NCBI GenBank assembly: GCA_042408215.1 | Contig: JAYFMW010000028.1 | Location: forward strand, 128,001-192,000 | Direction of reading: 5' to 3' | Source: Microcoleus sp. | Lineage (GTDB): Bacteria > Cyanobacteriota > Cyanobacteriia > Cyanobacteriales > Microcoleaceae | Length of the DNA: 64,000 bases | Part shown: one piece after another, positions 21,144 to 31,876 of the stretch | Numbering within the stretch: the stretch's first letter is position 1 | How the letters are laid out: the number at the start of each line of letters is the position of its first letter | Program-made: the position numbers and the translations under genes | Notes under the pieces: generated by a model | Seen by the model: the letters and a program-made list of their open reading frames with translations, nothing else | Databases searched by the model: none | What the model was told of the DNA's origin: nothing

Positions 21144-21750
21144 TTCTATGTTGAATAGGTGCTTTTAGTTCTTCAACTAATGCGTTGATGCTCAGAGAAT
21201 CAGTCACCATTTGGCGGTGCAGCCAAACCTTGAGCTTAACTTCTCGACCTACTGGCATTTGAGAGCTGTGCGAGGGTAAAATCATCACGTCAAAGGGCGT
21301 CCACATTGATGTAAAATTTATTCGTTTGAGCATGGCGACATCTCGATCTAAATCTTGCAGGAAACTGCTATCAGGACGCATATCGACGTATCCCGCTAAG
21401 GGCAGAGAATAGGCGGTGAGAGTGCCCCTGTGAGGCGAAGATATGGTGATGAAACGTTGTACCCGGTTAATTCCTCCGAGTCGCTGGACGTAGTAGCGGC
21501 TGACGAGCCCGCCCATGCTGTAGCCTACTATGTCGATCGACTGTGAGGGATGAAAGGTTTGGGAGATGTAATCTGCGAGTTGCTTCGCCAGTGAGTCGAG
21601 GCCGAGGCTACCATCATTGGGGGTGAGGTTGAGGCTGTGTACACACCATCCGAGTTGGGTGAGGTGAGCGGACATTTTGTTGAAAATGGTTTTCGTGTCC
21701 CAGATGCCGTGTATCAGTATGACTGGATTGCGATCGCTCGAACTGTTCAT
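21118..21750 (-). CDS. Alpha/beta hydrolase (triacylglycerol lipase-like)
   Basis: PVILIHG, GYSMGG nucleophile elbow, TISSPHRGT; ATG 21750 preferred. Confidence 0.9.
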   Translation of the reverse strand: MNSSSDRNPVILIHGIWDTKTIFNKMSAHLTQLGWCVHSLNLTPNDGSLGLDSLAKQLADYISQTFHPSQSIDIVGYSMGGLVSRYYVQRLGGINRVQRFITISSPHRGTLTAYSLPLAGYVDMRPDSSFLQDLDRDVAMLKRINFTSMWTPFDVMILPSHSSQMPVGREVKLKVWLHRQMVTDSLSINALVEELKAPIQHRNVSSSSNS

Positions 21751-22066
21751 TTGAAGAGAAAATTGCTTGTCAGTTACAGCATAAATCACTCCCCTAGGGA
21801 GTGTGACCCCTAGTGGGACAGCTAGCGAATCGGATCGAGATATCATGGGTGGAGTCGGAAATCTGTCATAAATTCTGAGATTATCGTAAATAAGTGCAAA
21901 GCTAAGACTACTGTTAATGAGTAAAAATTACTATAAGGTCAGTATTTGCGATCGAAAAATGTAAATTTTGATTAAGAAATATAGACAAAAGTTTCTTTAC
22001 CTCGTAGTCTGACTTTGTTGGTAAACTTGTACAAATTTCTCTAAAAGAACAAAAGGAGTCAATCTA

Positions 22067-22492
22067 ATGTTTGATTTTATCAAGAATTTCTTCGGCGGTA
22101 TTTTCGGCTTTTTTGCTAGATTGTTGGGCTTGAAAAAGTCTGAATATTTTCTAGATTTGGGCAACTCTGATGTCAAGGATTCACCTAAAGTTGAGCTGGC
22201 TGCTGCTAAAAAGCCTGAGCCCGTAGTCGCAGCACCAGCAGCAGCAAAAGCTGATGCTCCTAAGTCTGAATCGCCTACGAAAGCAAAGACGGAAACAGCC
22301 AAAAAGTCTAAGAAAGAACAGGAACCTGTGAAAGTAGCCGCAGCTACTAAGGGGAAAGCGTCGAGTTCAAGTGAACCGACTCTTACCTTTGCTCCTAATA
22401 ATTTAATGCCAACACCAAATGCCAGCCGTAGAACTCCTGGGCCCAGCATGAATAGTTTCCGGGAAATGGCTCGTCAGGTTAAAACCAAGTAG
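22067..22492 (+). CDS. Hypothetical Ala/Lys/Pro-rich protein
   Basis: AGGAG RBS; amphipathic N-terminus; C-terminal RRTPGPSMNSFREMARQV. Confidence 0.75.
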   Translation: MFDFIKNFFGGIFGFFARLLGLKKSEYFLDLGNSDVKDSPKVELAAAKKPEPVVAAPAAAKADAPKSESPTKAKTETAKKSKKEQEPVKVAAATKGKASSSSEPTLTFAPNNLMPTPNASRRTPGPSMNSFREMARQVKTK

Positions 22493-22580
22493 GAAATTGT
22501 TAAGCTCGTCCCCCGCACTTGAGTCGGGGGATGAACTTAATATAGCCTTTCTCAGGTAAATTAGGTGATCCCGATGCACA

Positions 22581-22727
22581 GGGCATAGGGCATAGGGCAT
22601 AGGGCATTGGTGGTTCCTTTTCCCGATCGCAATTGCGAATTGAATTGTCAGTACCTAATTCCTTGAAAACCGCTATAGTCAATAGTCAACAGTCAACAGT
22701 CAACAGTTAACAGTCAACTGTCAACTA
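22581..22727. repeat. STRR heptamers GGGCATA and AGTCAAC
   Basis: Direct inspection. Confidence 0.8.
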
Positions 22728-23877
22728 TATTACTTTGATTTCTGAGGAAGGCTAATCCGCTGTATAGCTGGAAAGCAGCGTCCCAAGGGGTTTCGGATTT
22801 GCGATCGACCTCTATATGAGCATCGATCTTGCTTAACATATGAGTATAATCGAGAACTGTCTCGGCAAAGGGAGTAAATTCCGACCAAACTGTAACGTTA
22901 AGCTGTTGGTCAAGTATTTCAAGTAAGTGATTCCAGTTAATTCTGGTGGTACTTTGAGGGATTTGTTGAGATTTTTGGGAACGCGATTTTGGGTTTTTGG
23001 GATTGGTTGAAGTGGGGATATCTGCTGAAGTTTTGGTCAAGTCAATACCTTGTTGAAATTGGTAACTTTGGTCGCAAATTCGCAGAATGCAGTGGCGGCT
23101 GGGAATGTGTAAATCGCAGATTTGAGCGTAATCTTGGGTGATTTCTTTGTGGCGAAATTGCTCTGTTCGTCGGTGGGGTGAGTAGTCCATGATTTCCATA
23201 AACATGGGTAATAAGCCTTCTACTCTTTGGCTGACTTCTGACCAGTTAAATTCGATCGCACCTAGCTGATTCAGTTGATTTTTGCAAACGACGGCGGGGG
23301 GAGACAGGGATTGGAAGTGTTGAACTCGGAAGATTTGGATTTTTTGAATGTCGGCTAGGGTTCCCCAGAATACGGGAATTCCGGCGTTGAGGAGTTCTTG
23401 GCCGTAGATTTGGACTTCGGCGATGGGGCCGGTTTTGTAGAGTCTCCAGCCGCGACTTTGAACTTGCATCCGCGTTGTGTAGGTGTCGGTTTTGAAGATT
23501 CTGCTGATGTTTTGTACGGCGGCGGGTTTGTCTGACTGGCTGACTGCTTCGAGGATCAGGAGTGCTGGTTCGAGGTTGCTGGGGTCGTTTTTGGCGGTTT
23601 CTATGGCTTGTTTGCGTCTGTTTTGTGCTGCGGTTTCGATGCGTTGAATCCCTTGGCGGGCTTGGGAGACTATTTTGGGGTTGGTGATGTCGCGGAGTAT
23701 TTGTTTGTAGGTTGTTTCGGCTTTTTCTGGGTGATTGGTGAGTTCGTAGTAGCGCGCCATGTAGTATTTCACCCAGGGATTTTCGGGTGATTCTGTTTGT
23801 AGTTGTTTGATGAGTTGGGCTGCTTCTTTGTATTCTTTGTCTTCTAGGGCGGCGGCTATTTCGGTGATGTCTGTCAT
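22714..23877 (-). CDS. TPR-containing hypothetical protein
   Basis: N-terminal TPR-like helices (PENPWVKYYMARYYE), 387-aa ORF. Confidence 0.75.
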   Translation of the reverse strand: MTDITEIAAALEDKEYKEAAQLIKQLQTESPENPWVKYYMARYYELTNHPEKAETTYKQILRDITNPKIVSQARQGIQRIETAAQNRRKQAIETAKNDPSNLEPALLILEAVSQSDKPAAVQNISRIFKTDTYTTRMQVQSRGWRLYKTGPIAEVQIYGQELLNAGIPVFWGTLADIQKIQIFRVQHFQSLSPPAVVCKNQLNQLGAIEFNWSEVSQRVEGLLPMFMEIMDYSPHRRTEQFRHKEITQDYAQICDLHIPSRHCILRICDQSYQFQQGIDLTKTSADIPTSTNPKNPKSRSQKSQQIPQSTTRINWNHLLEILDQQLNVTVWSEFTPFAETVLDYTHMLSKIDAHIEVDRKSETPWDAAFQLYSGLAFLRNQSNIVDS

Positions 23878-24091
23878 GGCGGTTGGGGGAATGGCGTTGT
23901 TTCTATCTTGGCTGATGTTTGGTTGGTTCCGCCACTGGTTAACAATTTTTGCTTTTATGTTAGTTGGGGATTTTGGGATTTTGGCAAAATTAAGAGTTGG
24001 GAGTTTTTAACCGCAGATGAACGGGGATGAACGCGGATATGTCAGTTAAAAATGATTATAATTAAGACACAAGTATAAAAAAGTTTTCGTT

Positions 24092-24709
24092 ATGGTGCAA
24101 ACAGCAGTTAAACTTACTTTTGATGATTTCCTAGAACAGTACCCTGACGGTTATGGCATCTACGAACTTGTAAACGGAGAAATTATCGAGGTGGACGCAA
24201 CAAGAGCTCATAAAAATGTAGCGCGCTATCTGGTCAAGTGTTTTGATGGGGAAAACGAACGTTTAGGACTTGATTACATTGTTGATAAGGATATCCGAAT
24301 TAGGACTGTGACGGCTGGGGGACAAGAACAAGGTAGAAATCCTGATGTTGGGGTGGTAAGTGGCTCTTTGTGGAATAGTAATGTATTAGCTTATGGTGCT
24401 TTAAGGGAACCAATTCAGTTAGCGGTTGAGGTGGTGTCAACAAATTGGGAAGATGATTATGTTGATAAGCTAGATGAGTATCAACGGCTAGGTATTTTTG
24501 AATATTGGATTGTGGATTATTTGGCGATCGCATCTAGATATTATCTGGGTAATCCGAAAGTTCCTACCGTTTTTGTTTACCGTTTAGTGGAAGGGAGTTA
24601 TCAGGTTCAATGTTTTAGAGGATGCGATCGCATTATTTCTCCAACTTTTCCCGAATTAGACGTGACTGTCGATCGGGTTATCAAAAGCAGTAAAATTCAA
24701 AAACTGTAA
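24092..24709 (+). CDS. Uma2 family PD-(D/E)xK endonuclease-like protein
   Basis: YELVNGEI, RNPDV, LAVEVVS, DKLDEYQRLGIFEYWIVD. Confidence 0.92.
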   Translation: MVQTAVKLTFDDFLEQYPDGYGIYELVNGEIIEVDATRAHKNVARYLVKCFDGENERLGLDYIVDKDIRIRTVTAGGQEQGRNPDVGVVSGSLWNSNVLAYGALREPIQLAVEVVSTNWEDDYVDKLDEYQRLGIFEYWIVDYLAIASRYYLGNPKVPTVFVYRLVEGSYQVQCFRGCDRIISPTFPELDVTVDRVIKSSKIQKL

Positions 24710-24727
24710 TATTTGCGATGATGTTTG

Positions 24728-25474
24728 TTACAACTGATTGGAGTTAACGCTTAATGTGTAAGTACCTTTGCTAGTGCGATCGCCTCCTTTAACAACTATT
24801 TTATAAGTGCCGTTACTAGGCAATTTTACGGTTAGTTTAGACTCTGGGGGACGCTGAAAGTAGTTTGTTTCTCCGGCAATCCTCTTACCGTTGGTGTCGA
24901 ACAATGTTATGTTGTGGTCTAATCCTCTGCTGCCGAGTTCTATCGTAATAGATTGACCTGCACGTCCTTGGAACGTATGTTCGCGGGATTCGCCTTCTTT
25001 TAAGGTTTCTCGCTGCTGGAGGAGGGAGAGAGAGGTGAGTTTTGGGCGATCGGGATTGCTTAAATCTAAGCCATAATTAGTCGCTGTTGCACCAGGACCA
25101 TTTCCTTCTCTGACTGCGACGATAAAGGCTGTTTTATTGTTAGGGTCTCTGACTATTTTATCAATAAATTGTCTTTGTATTTTTTCTGCATTTAAAGGTT
25201 TTGGCTGGGTAAAATTCGGTCGTGAAATACAGAAAAGAACTGCTCCATCTTGATAGCGACCTGCGTAAAATGAATATTTTTGACCGTTAGCTGTAAACTC
25301 ATTTTGATTGAATACAGTGAATTTGTCAAATTGTAGTTGCTGGTTTCGGCGGCAATCTTTATCGATATAGATTTCGTTGGCTGATGGCTGTCGCTGGGCG
25401 AAAACTGCTGGAATGCTTGCAGCAGCTAGGATTGCTGTTATGATGGTGATGATTGTGGGCGATCGCATTTTCAT
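24728..25474 (-). CDS. Secreted protein with C-terminal PPC (pre-peptidase C-terminal)-like domain
   Basis: Signal peptide ending AVFAQ; HTFQGRAGQSITIEL...LPSNGTYKIVV...GTYTLSV. Confidence 0.8.
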   Translation of the reverse strand: MKMRSPTIITIITAILAAASIPAVFAQRQPSANEIYIDKDCRRNQQLQFDKFTVFNQNEFTANGQKYSFYAGRYQDGAVLFCISRPNFTQPKPLNAEKIQRQFIDKIVRDPNNKTAFIVAVREGNGPGATATNYGLDLSNPDRPKLTSLSLLQQRETLKEGESREHTFQGRAGQSITIELGSRGLDHNITLFDTNGKRIAGETNYFQRPPESKLTVKLPSNGTYKIVVKGGDRTSKGTYTLSVNSNQL

Positions 25475-25481
25475 ATTTACC

Positions 25482-26063
25482 TCAATTTTTTTGTGGAATC
25501 GGTCTTCCTGAACGCAGAATGCGGCTAATTTGCTCGTTAGTCATAAAAGGAGCTTCTAAACAAGTAAGTGCTAAACATCCTCCTCCTCCTTTTTCATGAT
25601 ATCTAATTTCAGTATCTTTTCCATAACGTTGAAAAGATCCGTTACTAAGTGACCAGGAGAAAAAAATTGCTTTGCCAGATTTTAAATACTTATCTCCTAT
25701 ATCTGGGTTAATTTGTTGCTGTCCACCAACTTTCCGAGGTGGGTAGCTAGATAAACCTTGCTTGAGAATGTAAGCTCCAATAACGCTGGCTCCCGTATTG
25801 AAGTAAACATAGCCATTCCTAAACTCCGATGGTAGGTCGTAATCATTTTGAATATAACGTCCCCCACCTTGTTCTACAAATTCTCTCCAAGTTATAAGCT
25901 CAGACTTGGGTTGTTGAGCAACATTTTGTGGCCAGCTTCTCATCTGAGAATTACCCGTAGCCTGTCTCGACTGTGCAAATACTGATAAAGACCAAGCACA
26001 CAAAATTGTCAAACCTATTGTTAAACCCAAAAGCGATCGCACTTTCATAAACTTTATCCTCAT
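25482..26063 (-). CDS. Secreted hypothetical protein (paralog of 33520..34173)
   Basis: Signal peptide; AQQPKSELITWREFVE...CLEAPFMT shared with the paralog. Confidence 0.8.
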   Translation of the reverse strand: MRIKFMKVRSLLGLTIGLTILCAWSLSVFAQSRQATGNSQMRSWPQNVAQQPKSELITWREFVEQGGGRYIQNDYDLPSEFRNGYVYFNTGASVIGAYILKQGLSSYPPRKVGGQQQINPDIGDKYLKSGKAIFFSWSLSNGSFQRYGKDTEIRYHEKGGGGCLALTCLEAPFMTNEQISRILRSGRPIPQKN

Positions 26064-26066
26064 TTT

Positions 26067-26789
26067 TTATCTGACATTTTGAATCGGAGATTCGTTAGCC
26101 ATAGAAATAGCTAAATTAATCAATGCTGATTTATCGCGTTGTGATACAATATTGCGATCGCGATCGAATCCGCCTCTTAGACTTACCCGATAATTTAAAC
26201 CATCTTGCTTCCAAATCACGCTCAGAGAAGGTGGAGTTGAAGCTCCTCCAGAATTTTGAACGACGAAAAGACCGTCAATACCTTGCTTTAAAGTGATAGG
26301 TGTCCTTTCTAGGACTGCCATTTCTGAGCGGATCAAGTCTCTTTTATCTGATTCTGTCCAAGTTTCATAACCGCGCCTTCTAATTTCGTTAACTCTTTCA
26401 AGTTCTTTCAGAGTAAAAATGGGTTGGGAACGCAGATTATTGTCGTAGGTAGAATTTTGCGCTACCGTAATAATTCCAAATTGACAGGATCTACTCGTGC
26501 AGTTCGGTTGTGAATTTAGCCAGACAGCAAACTCTCCTGGGATGGTTGTAATGACTTGTGGGTAAAGTTGAATTTCGCTGATATTAACACTTGAAGGTAG
26601 GCGCATTACCCATCCTCTAGGAAGCTGAGTTTGAATCTCTCTAAGAATGGGTCTAAACATAGGTGCGGGTTCAGCATTTGCAGTTTGGGGTTTTGTCAGA
26701 CAGTAAGCTCCAAATACCGTACAAATGCCTAAACTAATTGTAATGGTGATTGGCGATCGCCCTTTCATAAGTAATCTCCTTATTTTCAT
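26067..26789 (-). CDS. Secreted hypothetical protein
   Basis: MKGRSP leader, hydrophobic core, ANA cleavage-like site. Confidence 0.75.
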   Translation of the reverse strand: MKIRRLLMKGRSPITITISLGICTVFGAYCLTKPQTANAEPAPMFRPILREIQTQLPRGWVMRLPSSVNISEIQLYPQVITTIPGEFAVWLNSQPNCTSRSCQFGIITVAQNSTYDNNLRSQPIFTLKELERVNEIRRRGYETWTESDKRDLIRSEMAVLERTPITLKQGIDGLFVVQNSGGASTPPSLSVIWKQDGLNYRVSLRGGFDRDRNIVSQRDKSALINLAISMANESPIQNVR

Positions 26790-26844
26790 TATTTCTCATC
26801 TACAAGCTTAGAATGCCAGCTTATTAACTATTGAAATGGCAATT

Positions 26845-29091
26845 TTAATTGCGAAGTTTATCAGCATCTTCTAAGGTAATAGTAGCTTTTTCGCCTGCGG
26901 CTGTAGCATAATAAAGGTCTGCCCCTCTTGCAAATGTGTTTAACTTACTGCCAGTTATTCTAGTAGCTTTTACAAATGTACCAAGCCCGGGTAGGATGAA
27001 TTTATCAAGGGCAATTTCTAGACCAATGTTACCGACATCTTTATATACATCTAGGAAAGCTCCTATAAATGGGTTTTTAGATGGATCGCTTTCCCCTGAG
27101 ACTGAAAACTCAATTAATTGTTTGAATACTTCAGCAGCTTTATTAGGATCGACCAAATCCATTGTGAACATAGCTTGACTATTAGGTTCACTCTTGAAGA
27201 AGTTGATAGTGGTTTTGGATGTCCGGGAAAAATATGCTTCTTCGGCAAATCTTTTGACAAATTGCTTCACTGTCTCGTCTTTAGCAAACCCTGGATCTCC
27301 TTGAGCGAGCAATACTAACTCAAGGGATAACATAGCAGCATTATACCTAAATGCTTCGTTACTTGACTTGGTTATTTTTAAATATCCCCCAGGCGGAATA
27401 ATGATGCTATTCTTATTCTTATCCGAAAACTCTTGCTCGTTTAAATTTTTTCTGGTATCTGTCAAAGAATATTGATTAAACAAGGAGACAGGAAACCTTG
27501 TAAACATATCAATACCGGAATCAATCAATCCTGTGGGAGGTTTATTACCCTCAATGATTTTAATCTTCACTAGCTGTTTCTTGGAATTATATATCTGGAC
27601 TAAAGCTTCAGCAGAACCTTGATTGAATACTTTCATTTCAACTTTGATGGAACGATCTGCTTGTCTCTCCCATGTGATGCTATTGAATATAAGTCGAGAA
27701 TCTGCTTCTTTGCTCCTACAAGAAGCCGGAGATTCTTGTCCTAAAAAATTTCTGGTTTTACCACTACACACAATATTATTATAAACTATTGTGTCATCGC
27801 CATTGATCTGGGTTTGTCTCTGTGGATTCTGTTGATTTGAAGCAGGCGATCGCCCTGTCTGCGTCTGTTGGCTTGGAGAGGGCGATCGCCTTGCCATCAC
27901 CTGTTGCCCCGTTCTACAATCTGGGTTTTCCTTTGTAGGAGATACGCCATTTCGTAGATGCGTGTATCTATAAGATTCACACACCACCACATTTTGATTG
28001 GGATTTGCAGCAGCAATGCGGAGGTCTAATAAATACGTGATAACTGGATAGTTCCAGCCATTTCCATACCTAACAGTGCCGTAAAAAAAACCATTTTTAC
28101 TAGAGTCTATTTTCAATTCACTAAGAGAGTTTACTGGAGTAGTAGGACTGCTTGAGCCTCTGTAGGGTTCAGCACCACTTAAAATTACTCTTTTTGAATT
28201 TACAAGATTTGGCTTAGATATTTCCAAGGGGCCGTCGCCAAAAACTGAAGTAATAAGAGTGACCCAATAAGTCTGATTCCCGATTTTAAAATCTGCTAAT
28301 GTAGCAACTCCCAGACCAGTAAATATCAGCTTTCTACCATCCCATAAAAAAATCCCATAATCTTCTCTTGAAATATATCTTTTTTTCTCGTCCGATATAG
28401 GTCTAAGGGGTTGTCGCATAGCTTCTTTGAATGGACTTTGCAACATTTGTTCGGGGGGAACGCGCAGTATTTTTTCACCTGTGCTCAGTTTTCCAATCTC
28501 AAAGCGGTTAAACTGGTTGATGTTCTGAGCTACTTGAGGCGATCGCCCTGTCTGTGTCTGTTGGCTTGCAGAGGGCGATCGCCCTGCTGTATTTTGTTGA
28601 TTTGGATCGGATATTCTATTGATAGATACTCTATAACCTCCAGTATTGTTATTGAAGGAATTAGCTACATCGTTATAGCAAAGAAATAGCCTTCCCGACT
28701 GACCCATAGATAGTTGATTATTTGAGCCTATAAAAAAATAATTTCCATTTGCACCAACTTTACCTACAAGCCCACCAATAAAACCTTGATATATAGCATT
28801 AGGGTCATCCTTTTTACCTATATTGACTCCATTCACAAACCTGTCGCCATCAGGATTAGTTAGGGGGGTACTATTTACAGGCGATCCTTCATAACCGTAA
28901 CTTCCTTGACCACTTGCTGAAAATTGTAAGGAATCTCCTCTAGATACATTGATTCCCGAATCAACGCAGAAATTTTTAGCTGGAACTGCGATCGTTGTTT
29001 GTGCCAAAACTGATTCAGAACCAGCACCAAAAATTACAAAACCTACCATCAAGCCAAAAAGCGAGATCTCTTTCATAAACTTAATCCTCAT
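26845..29091 (-). CDS. Secreted three-module protein; N-terminal LecA/PA-IL-like beta domain
   Basis: Signal peptide; VDSGINVSRGD...GGLVGKVG...GRLFLCYND...NNTGGYRVSI; two GRSP linkers. Confidence 0.75.
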   Translation of the reverse strand: MRIKFMKEISLFGLMVGFVIFGAGSESVLAQTTIAVPAKNFCVDSGINVSRGDSLQFSASGQGSYGYEGSPVNSTPLTNPDGDRFVNGVNIGKKDDPNAIYQGFIGGLVGKVGANGNYFFIGSNNQLSMGQSGRLFLCYNDVANSFNNNTGGYRVSINRISDPNQQNTAGRSPSASQQTQTGRSPQVAQNINQFNRFEIGKLSTGEKILRVPPEQMLQSPFKEAMRQPLRPISDEKKRYISREDYGIFLWDGRKLIFTGLGVATLADFKIGNQTYWVTLITSVFGDGPLEISKPNLVNSKRVILSGAEPYRGSSSPTTPVNSLSELKIDSSKNGFFYGTVRYGNGWNYPVITYLLDLRIAAANPNQNVVVCESYRYTHLRNGVSPTKENPDCRTGQQVMARRSPSPSQQTQTGRSPASNQQNPQRQTQINGDDTIVYNNIVCSGKTRNFLGQESPASCRSKEADSRLIFNSITWERQADRSIKVEMKVFNQGSAEALVQIYNSKKQLVKIKIIEGNKPPTGLIDSGIDMFTRFPVSLFNQYSLTDTRKNLNEQEFSDKNKNSIIIPPGGYLKITKSSNEAFRYNAAMLSLELVLLAQGDPGFAKDETVKQFVKRFAEEAYFSRTSKTTINFFKSEPNSQAMFTMDLVDPNKAAEVFKQLIEFSVSGESDPSKNPFIGAFLDVYKDVGNIGLEIALDKFILPGLGTFVKATRITGSKLNTFARGADLYYATAAGEKATITLEDADKLRN

Positions 29092-29122
29092 TTTTGTGTT
29101 GATTGTTTCAGCGTTATAAATA

Positions 29123-29776
29123 CTACCGTCTGTTTGGCAGAGAAGCCGTACAGCCAGCTTCCTTAAACTTTTGAATTATTTCCTGCTTTACCCGATCGGG
29201 TAAGTAGTTTATGTTGAACCCAGGAATATGTGTAACGCTTGGAGGTTTTAATGAACCTGTCAGACTATAACCATAAAGCCTTGCTTCGTCTTTTTGAACG
29301 TATGTGTCTCCTAAATAATCTCCTTTTTGAATAAATACATGATTGTTAGTGGTGCGGATTGTTCCATTAGATACGGAACCAACTGTAAATAATATACCGT
29401 GAGGCTCTGTTGTATTTCCGCTCCAACCACCGAGAACAGTATCGATGATACAAACACGACCCTTGGTATTTGAAGGATAAATAAATTTTCCTTCTTCTAA
29501 TGCTCTGTACGCACCCAGAAAAGGAACCACACCCGGATCTACTTTTGACCAAGCCAATCTAAAAGTTCTCAACTGGTTAATTTCTGGAGTATCTTTTCGG
29601 CTCGTTTTTTGGAAGGAATCAATCTGTTTCTCAAAATCCAGCCTCAACTTCTTAAGTTCGGCATCGGTCGGATATCGCTCTGAATTTGCCAATACTGATA
29701 ATGAACCAGTCGCAACTATTGCGAAACTCATGATTAAACTAATAAGCGATCGCCCTCTCATAAACTCTATCCTCAT
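29123..29776 (-). CDS. Secreted hypothetical protein (paralog of 29810..30487)
   Basis: RYPTDAE, VDPGVVPFLG, YPSNTKGRVCII, FKEAGC. Confidence 0.8.
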   Translation of the reverse strand: MRIEFMRGRSLISLIMSFAIVATGSLSVLANSERYPTDAELKKLRLDFEKQIDSFQKTSRKDTPEINQLRTFRLAWSKVDPGVVPFLGAYRALEEGKFIYPSNTKGRVCIIDTVLGGWSGNTTEPHGILFTVGSVSNGTIRTTNNHVFIQKGDYLGDTYVQKDEARLYGYSLTGSLKPPSVTHIPGFNINYLPDRVKQEIIQKFKEAGCTASLPNRR

Positions 29777-29809
29777 TTTGATTGTTGATTGTTTCAGACT
29801 TTATTTAAC

Positions 29810-30487
29810 TCAGCGTATAGAAGAAATACATCCAGCCGCCTTGAATTCTCTAACAATCTTAGAATTTTCCTGCGGGTCAGCTCTTGATACATCTAACTTT
29901 GTAGGGTCTTTAGGTAGTTCGGGATATGTATAAATATCAGAGCCTGGTTCTGCTCTTGCTACATTATTGCGATCGACAAAAGCAACCAACAAGAAAACAT
30001 TGCCACTTGGATTTTTCTGGTTAATTAGTACCCTACCAGCTAACTCTCCGGTAAGACGAATATGTTGCTTGTCAATGGAGCCTACGCTAAATTTGTAGAT
30101 CGGGCCGGGAGAAGCACGAATAACGCAAACGCGACCCCTGACATTTGATGGATAAACGCCTATGTCTCCATCATTATTTACCCACCAACCCAGAAAAGGT
30201 GCAACTGTCGGATCGACTCGCGATCGAGCTTTAACAAAGGATTCAAGTGCTTGTTTCTCGCTTGATGTACGCCGATCCCGTTCCCATCCACCGCAACATT
30301 CTCTTGAATAAGGCGACGAAGACGCTCGCTGTTGGAATTCTCTGATGAGTCGCACAATTTCAGCATCTGTCGGATATCGCTGAGACTGTGCAAAAACTGA
30401 TAATGAACCTGTCACCAATACTGCACAGCTTACTATTAAACTGACAAGCGAGCTCCCTTTCATAATCTTTCCTCTCTTTGTACGCAA
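29810..30487 (-). CDS. Secreted hypothetical protein (paralog of 29123..29776)
   Basis: RYPTDAE, VDPTVAPFLG, YPSNVRGRVCVI, FKAAGC. Confidence 0.8.
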   Translation of the reverse strand: MRTKRGKIMKGSSLVSLIVSCAVLVTGSLSVFAQSQRYPTDAEIVRLIREFQQRASSSPYSRECCGGWERDRRTSSEKQALESFVKARSRVDPTVAPFLGWWVNNDGDIGVYPSNVRGRVCVIRASPGPIYKFSVGSIDKQHIRLTGELAGRVLINQKNPSGNVFLLVAFVDRNNVARAEPGSDIYTYPELPKDPTKLDVSRADPQENSKIVREFKAAGCISSIR

Positions 30488-31216
30488 TTATCTCACAAAA
30501 GCAAATGATGAAACCACTATGTTCAACACTTTTTCTTCCACAGGACTAATATTTTCTCCATATTTAGAAGTATAAATAGTAACTATGTTTCGCTTGTCAG
30601 GTGTAAGGAAACTAGCTGACAAGGAAGTTTCTACGTTGTCTGCATCTATTTTTCCTGTCATAGTAGACTTAGTAGTGTAAACAAAAGCTTTTTGCTTAGC
30701 AATAGTAGTTTCTCTGATATTTTCTATTATCTTAATAAATACACCAATTTCAGGAATCAGACGGGTTTCAGATGTCGCTGCTTTTACTGTCACAAAAACA
30801 GGTAAAGTTTGATACCCGCAAGCAATAGGGTCATTTTTTTTGCAACATTCTAAGAATTTATCATCAGCAGGATTGTGTAAAGTTATAGTCAAAGTTTTAC
30901 CATCCTGCTCTTTTTCGATTCGATAGTTAGTAGGTATGTTGAACGAGAATTGAAAATTATTCTCTTTAATGTTTTTGGTTTCTTTGGCTGGAGCAATGCT
31001 GGAGCCTCTTTTACATGGATTTTGTCTAGCTATTTTCAACTCACCGGGTAATCCTGCTGCTAGTAAGCTTTTAGTTTTCGTTGCTAACCCCATGCTGTGC
31101 TTTGATTCGACCAAACAGCCAACTCCTAAAATCACCAATGTTGCAACTGCACCGAAAAATACTCTACCTTTTTTCATCATCTTTTTTGTCTCCTTTGTAG
31201 TTGATATTGAAAACAC
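30488..31216 (-). CDS. Secreted/lipoprotein-like hypothetical protein (possibly PsbP/Mog1-like fold)
   Basis: Hydrophobic N-terminus LVILGVGC; FSFNIPTNY; C-terminal IVVSSFAF. Confidence 0.65.
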   Translation of the reverse strand: MFSISTTKETKKMMKKGRVFFGAVATLVILGVGCLVESKHSMGLATKTKSLLAAGLPGELKIARQNPCKRGSSIAPAKETKNIKENNFQFSFNIPTNYRIEKEQDGKTLTITLHNPADDKFLECCKKNDPIACGYQTLPVFVTVKAATSETRLIPEIGVFIKIIENIRETTIAKQKAFVYTTKSTMTGKIDADNVETSLSASFLTPDKRNIVTIYTSKYGENISPVEEKVLNIVVSSFAFVR

Positions 31217-31231
31217 AAATTACTTGCCTGA

Positions 31232-31810
31232 TTACGAACAGCCTTCAACCTGATCGACTTCAGGAAGTTTACCAGAACGAAAGCGCTCTACACGATTTTT
31301 GCTAGTCTCAAAAATTATCTGGTATTTTTTATCAGCCACATCTTTAGGGACAAAAGTTAGATATTTTTGATTGGTAAGTGGAATACGCTGGTAAGGATGT
31401 CTAGTTACTTGAATTTGCCCCGGATATAGTGAAATAATTCTCTCTTCAGTATCTCCAATCTTTGCCCCTTTGATTGTTGTAATCTGCTTATTGCTAAAAA
31501 TATCAACTCTAGCAATGCGACCCTTTGTGACCATAAAGGCAATTCCTTTTGGTTCTCCTTTAGGTTGAACGTAGGAACATTGATACTCGTCCCAGCCGCC
31601 GCTCCCACTTATGATTAATTTAATCCCAGCAGATTGTGAGGCTTCATCAACTGTCATCCCGACTCTAATCGGACCAATACCATTCAGTGCTAGTTTCGAG
31701 TTATCTGTTAGTTGCACTTGAGCATTGACTGATGTTGCCCAAACTACAAAAATGACAATTGTGCCGATTAGTAAGGTAACAAACTTGGGTAAACTGTTTA
31801 ATTCTCGCAT
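31232..31810 (-). CDS. Secreted hypothetical protein (tandem paralog of 31877..32440)
   Basis: LALNGIGPIRVGMTVDEA, TTIKGAKIG, EGCS terminus. Confidence 0.82.
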   Translation of the reverse strand: MRELNSLPKFVTLLIGTIVIFVVWATSVNAQVQLTDNSKLALNGIGPIRVGMTVDEASQSAGIKLIISGSGGWDEYQCSYVQPKGEPKGIAFMVTKGRIARVDIFSNKQITTIKGAKIGDTEERIISLYPGQIQVTRHPYQRIPLTNQKYLTFVPKDVADKKYQIIFETSKNRVERFRSGKLPEVDQVEGCS

Positions 31811-31876
31811 CGATCGCTATTCCTCCTATATGTCCGCATTCAATACTTTTGTAATTCATTGACTTGACCGATCGTA

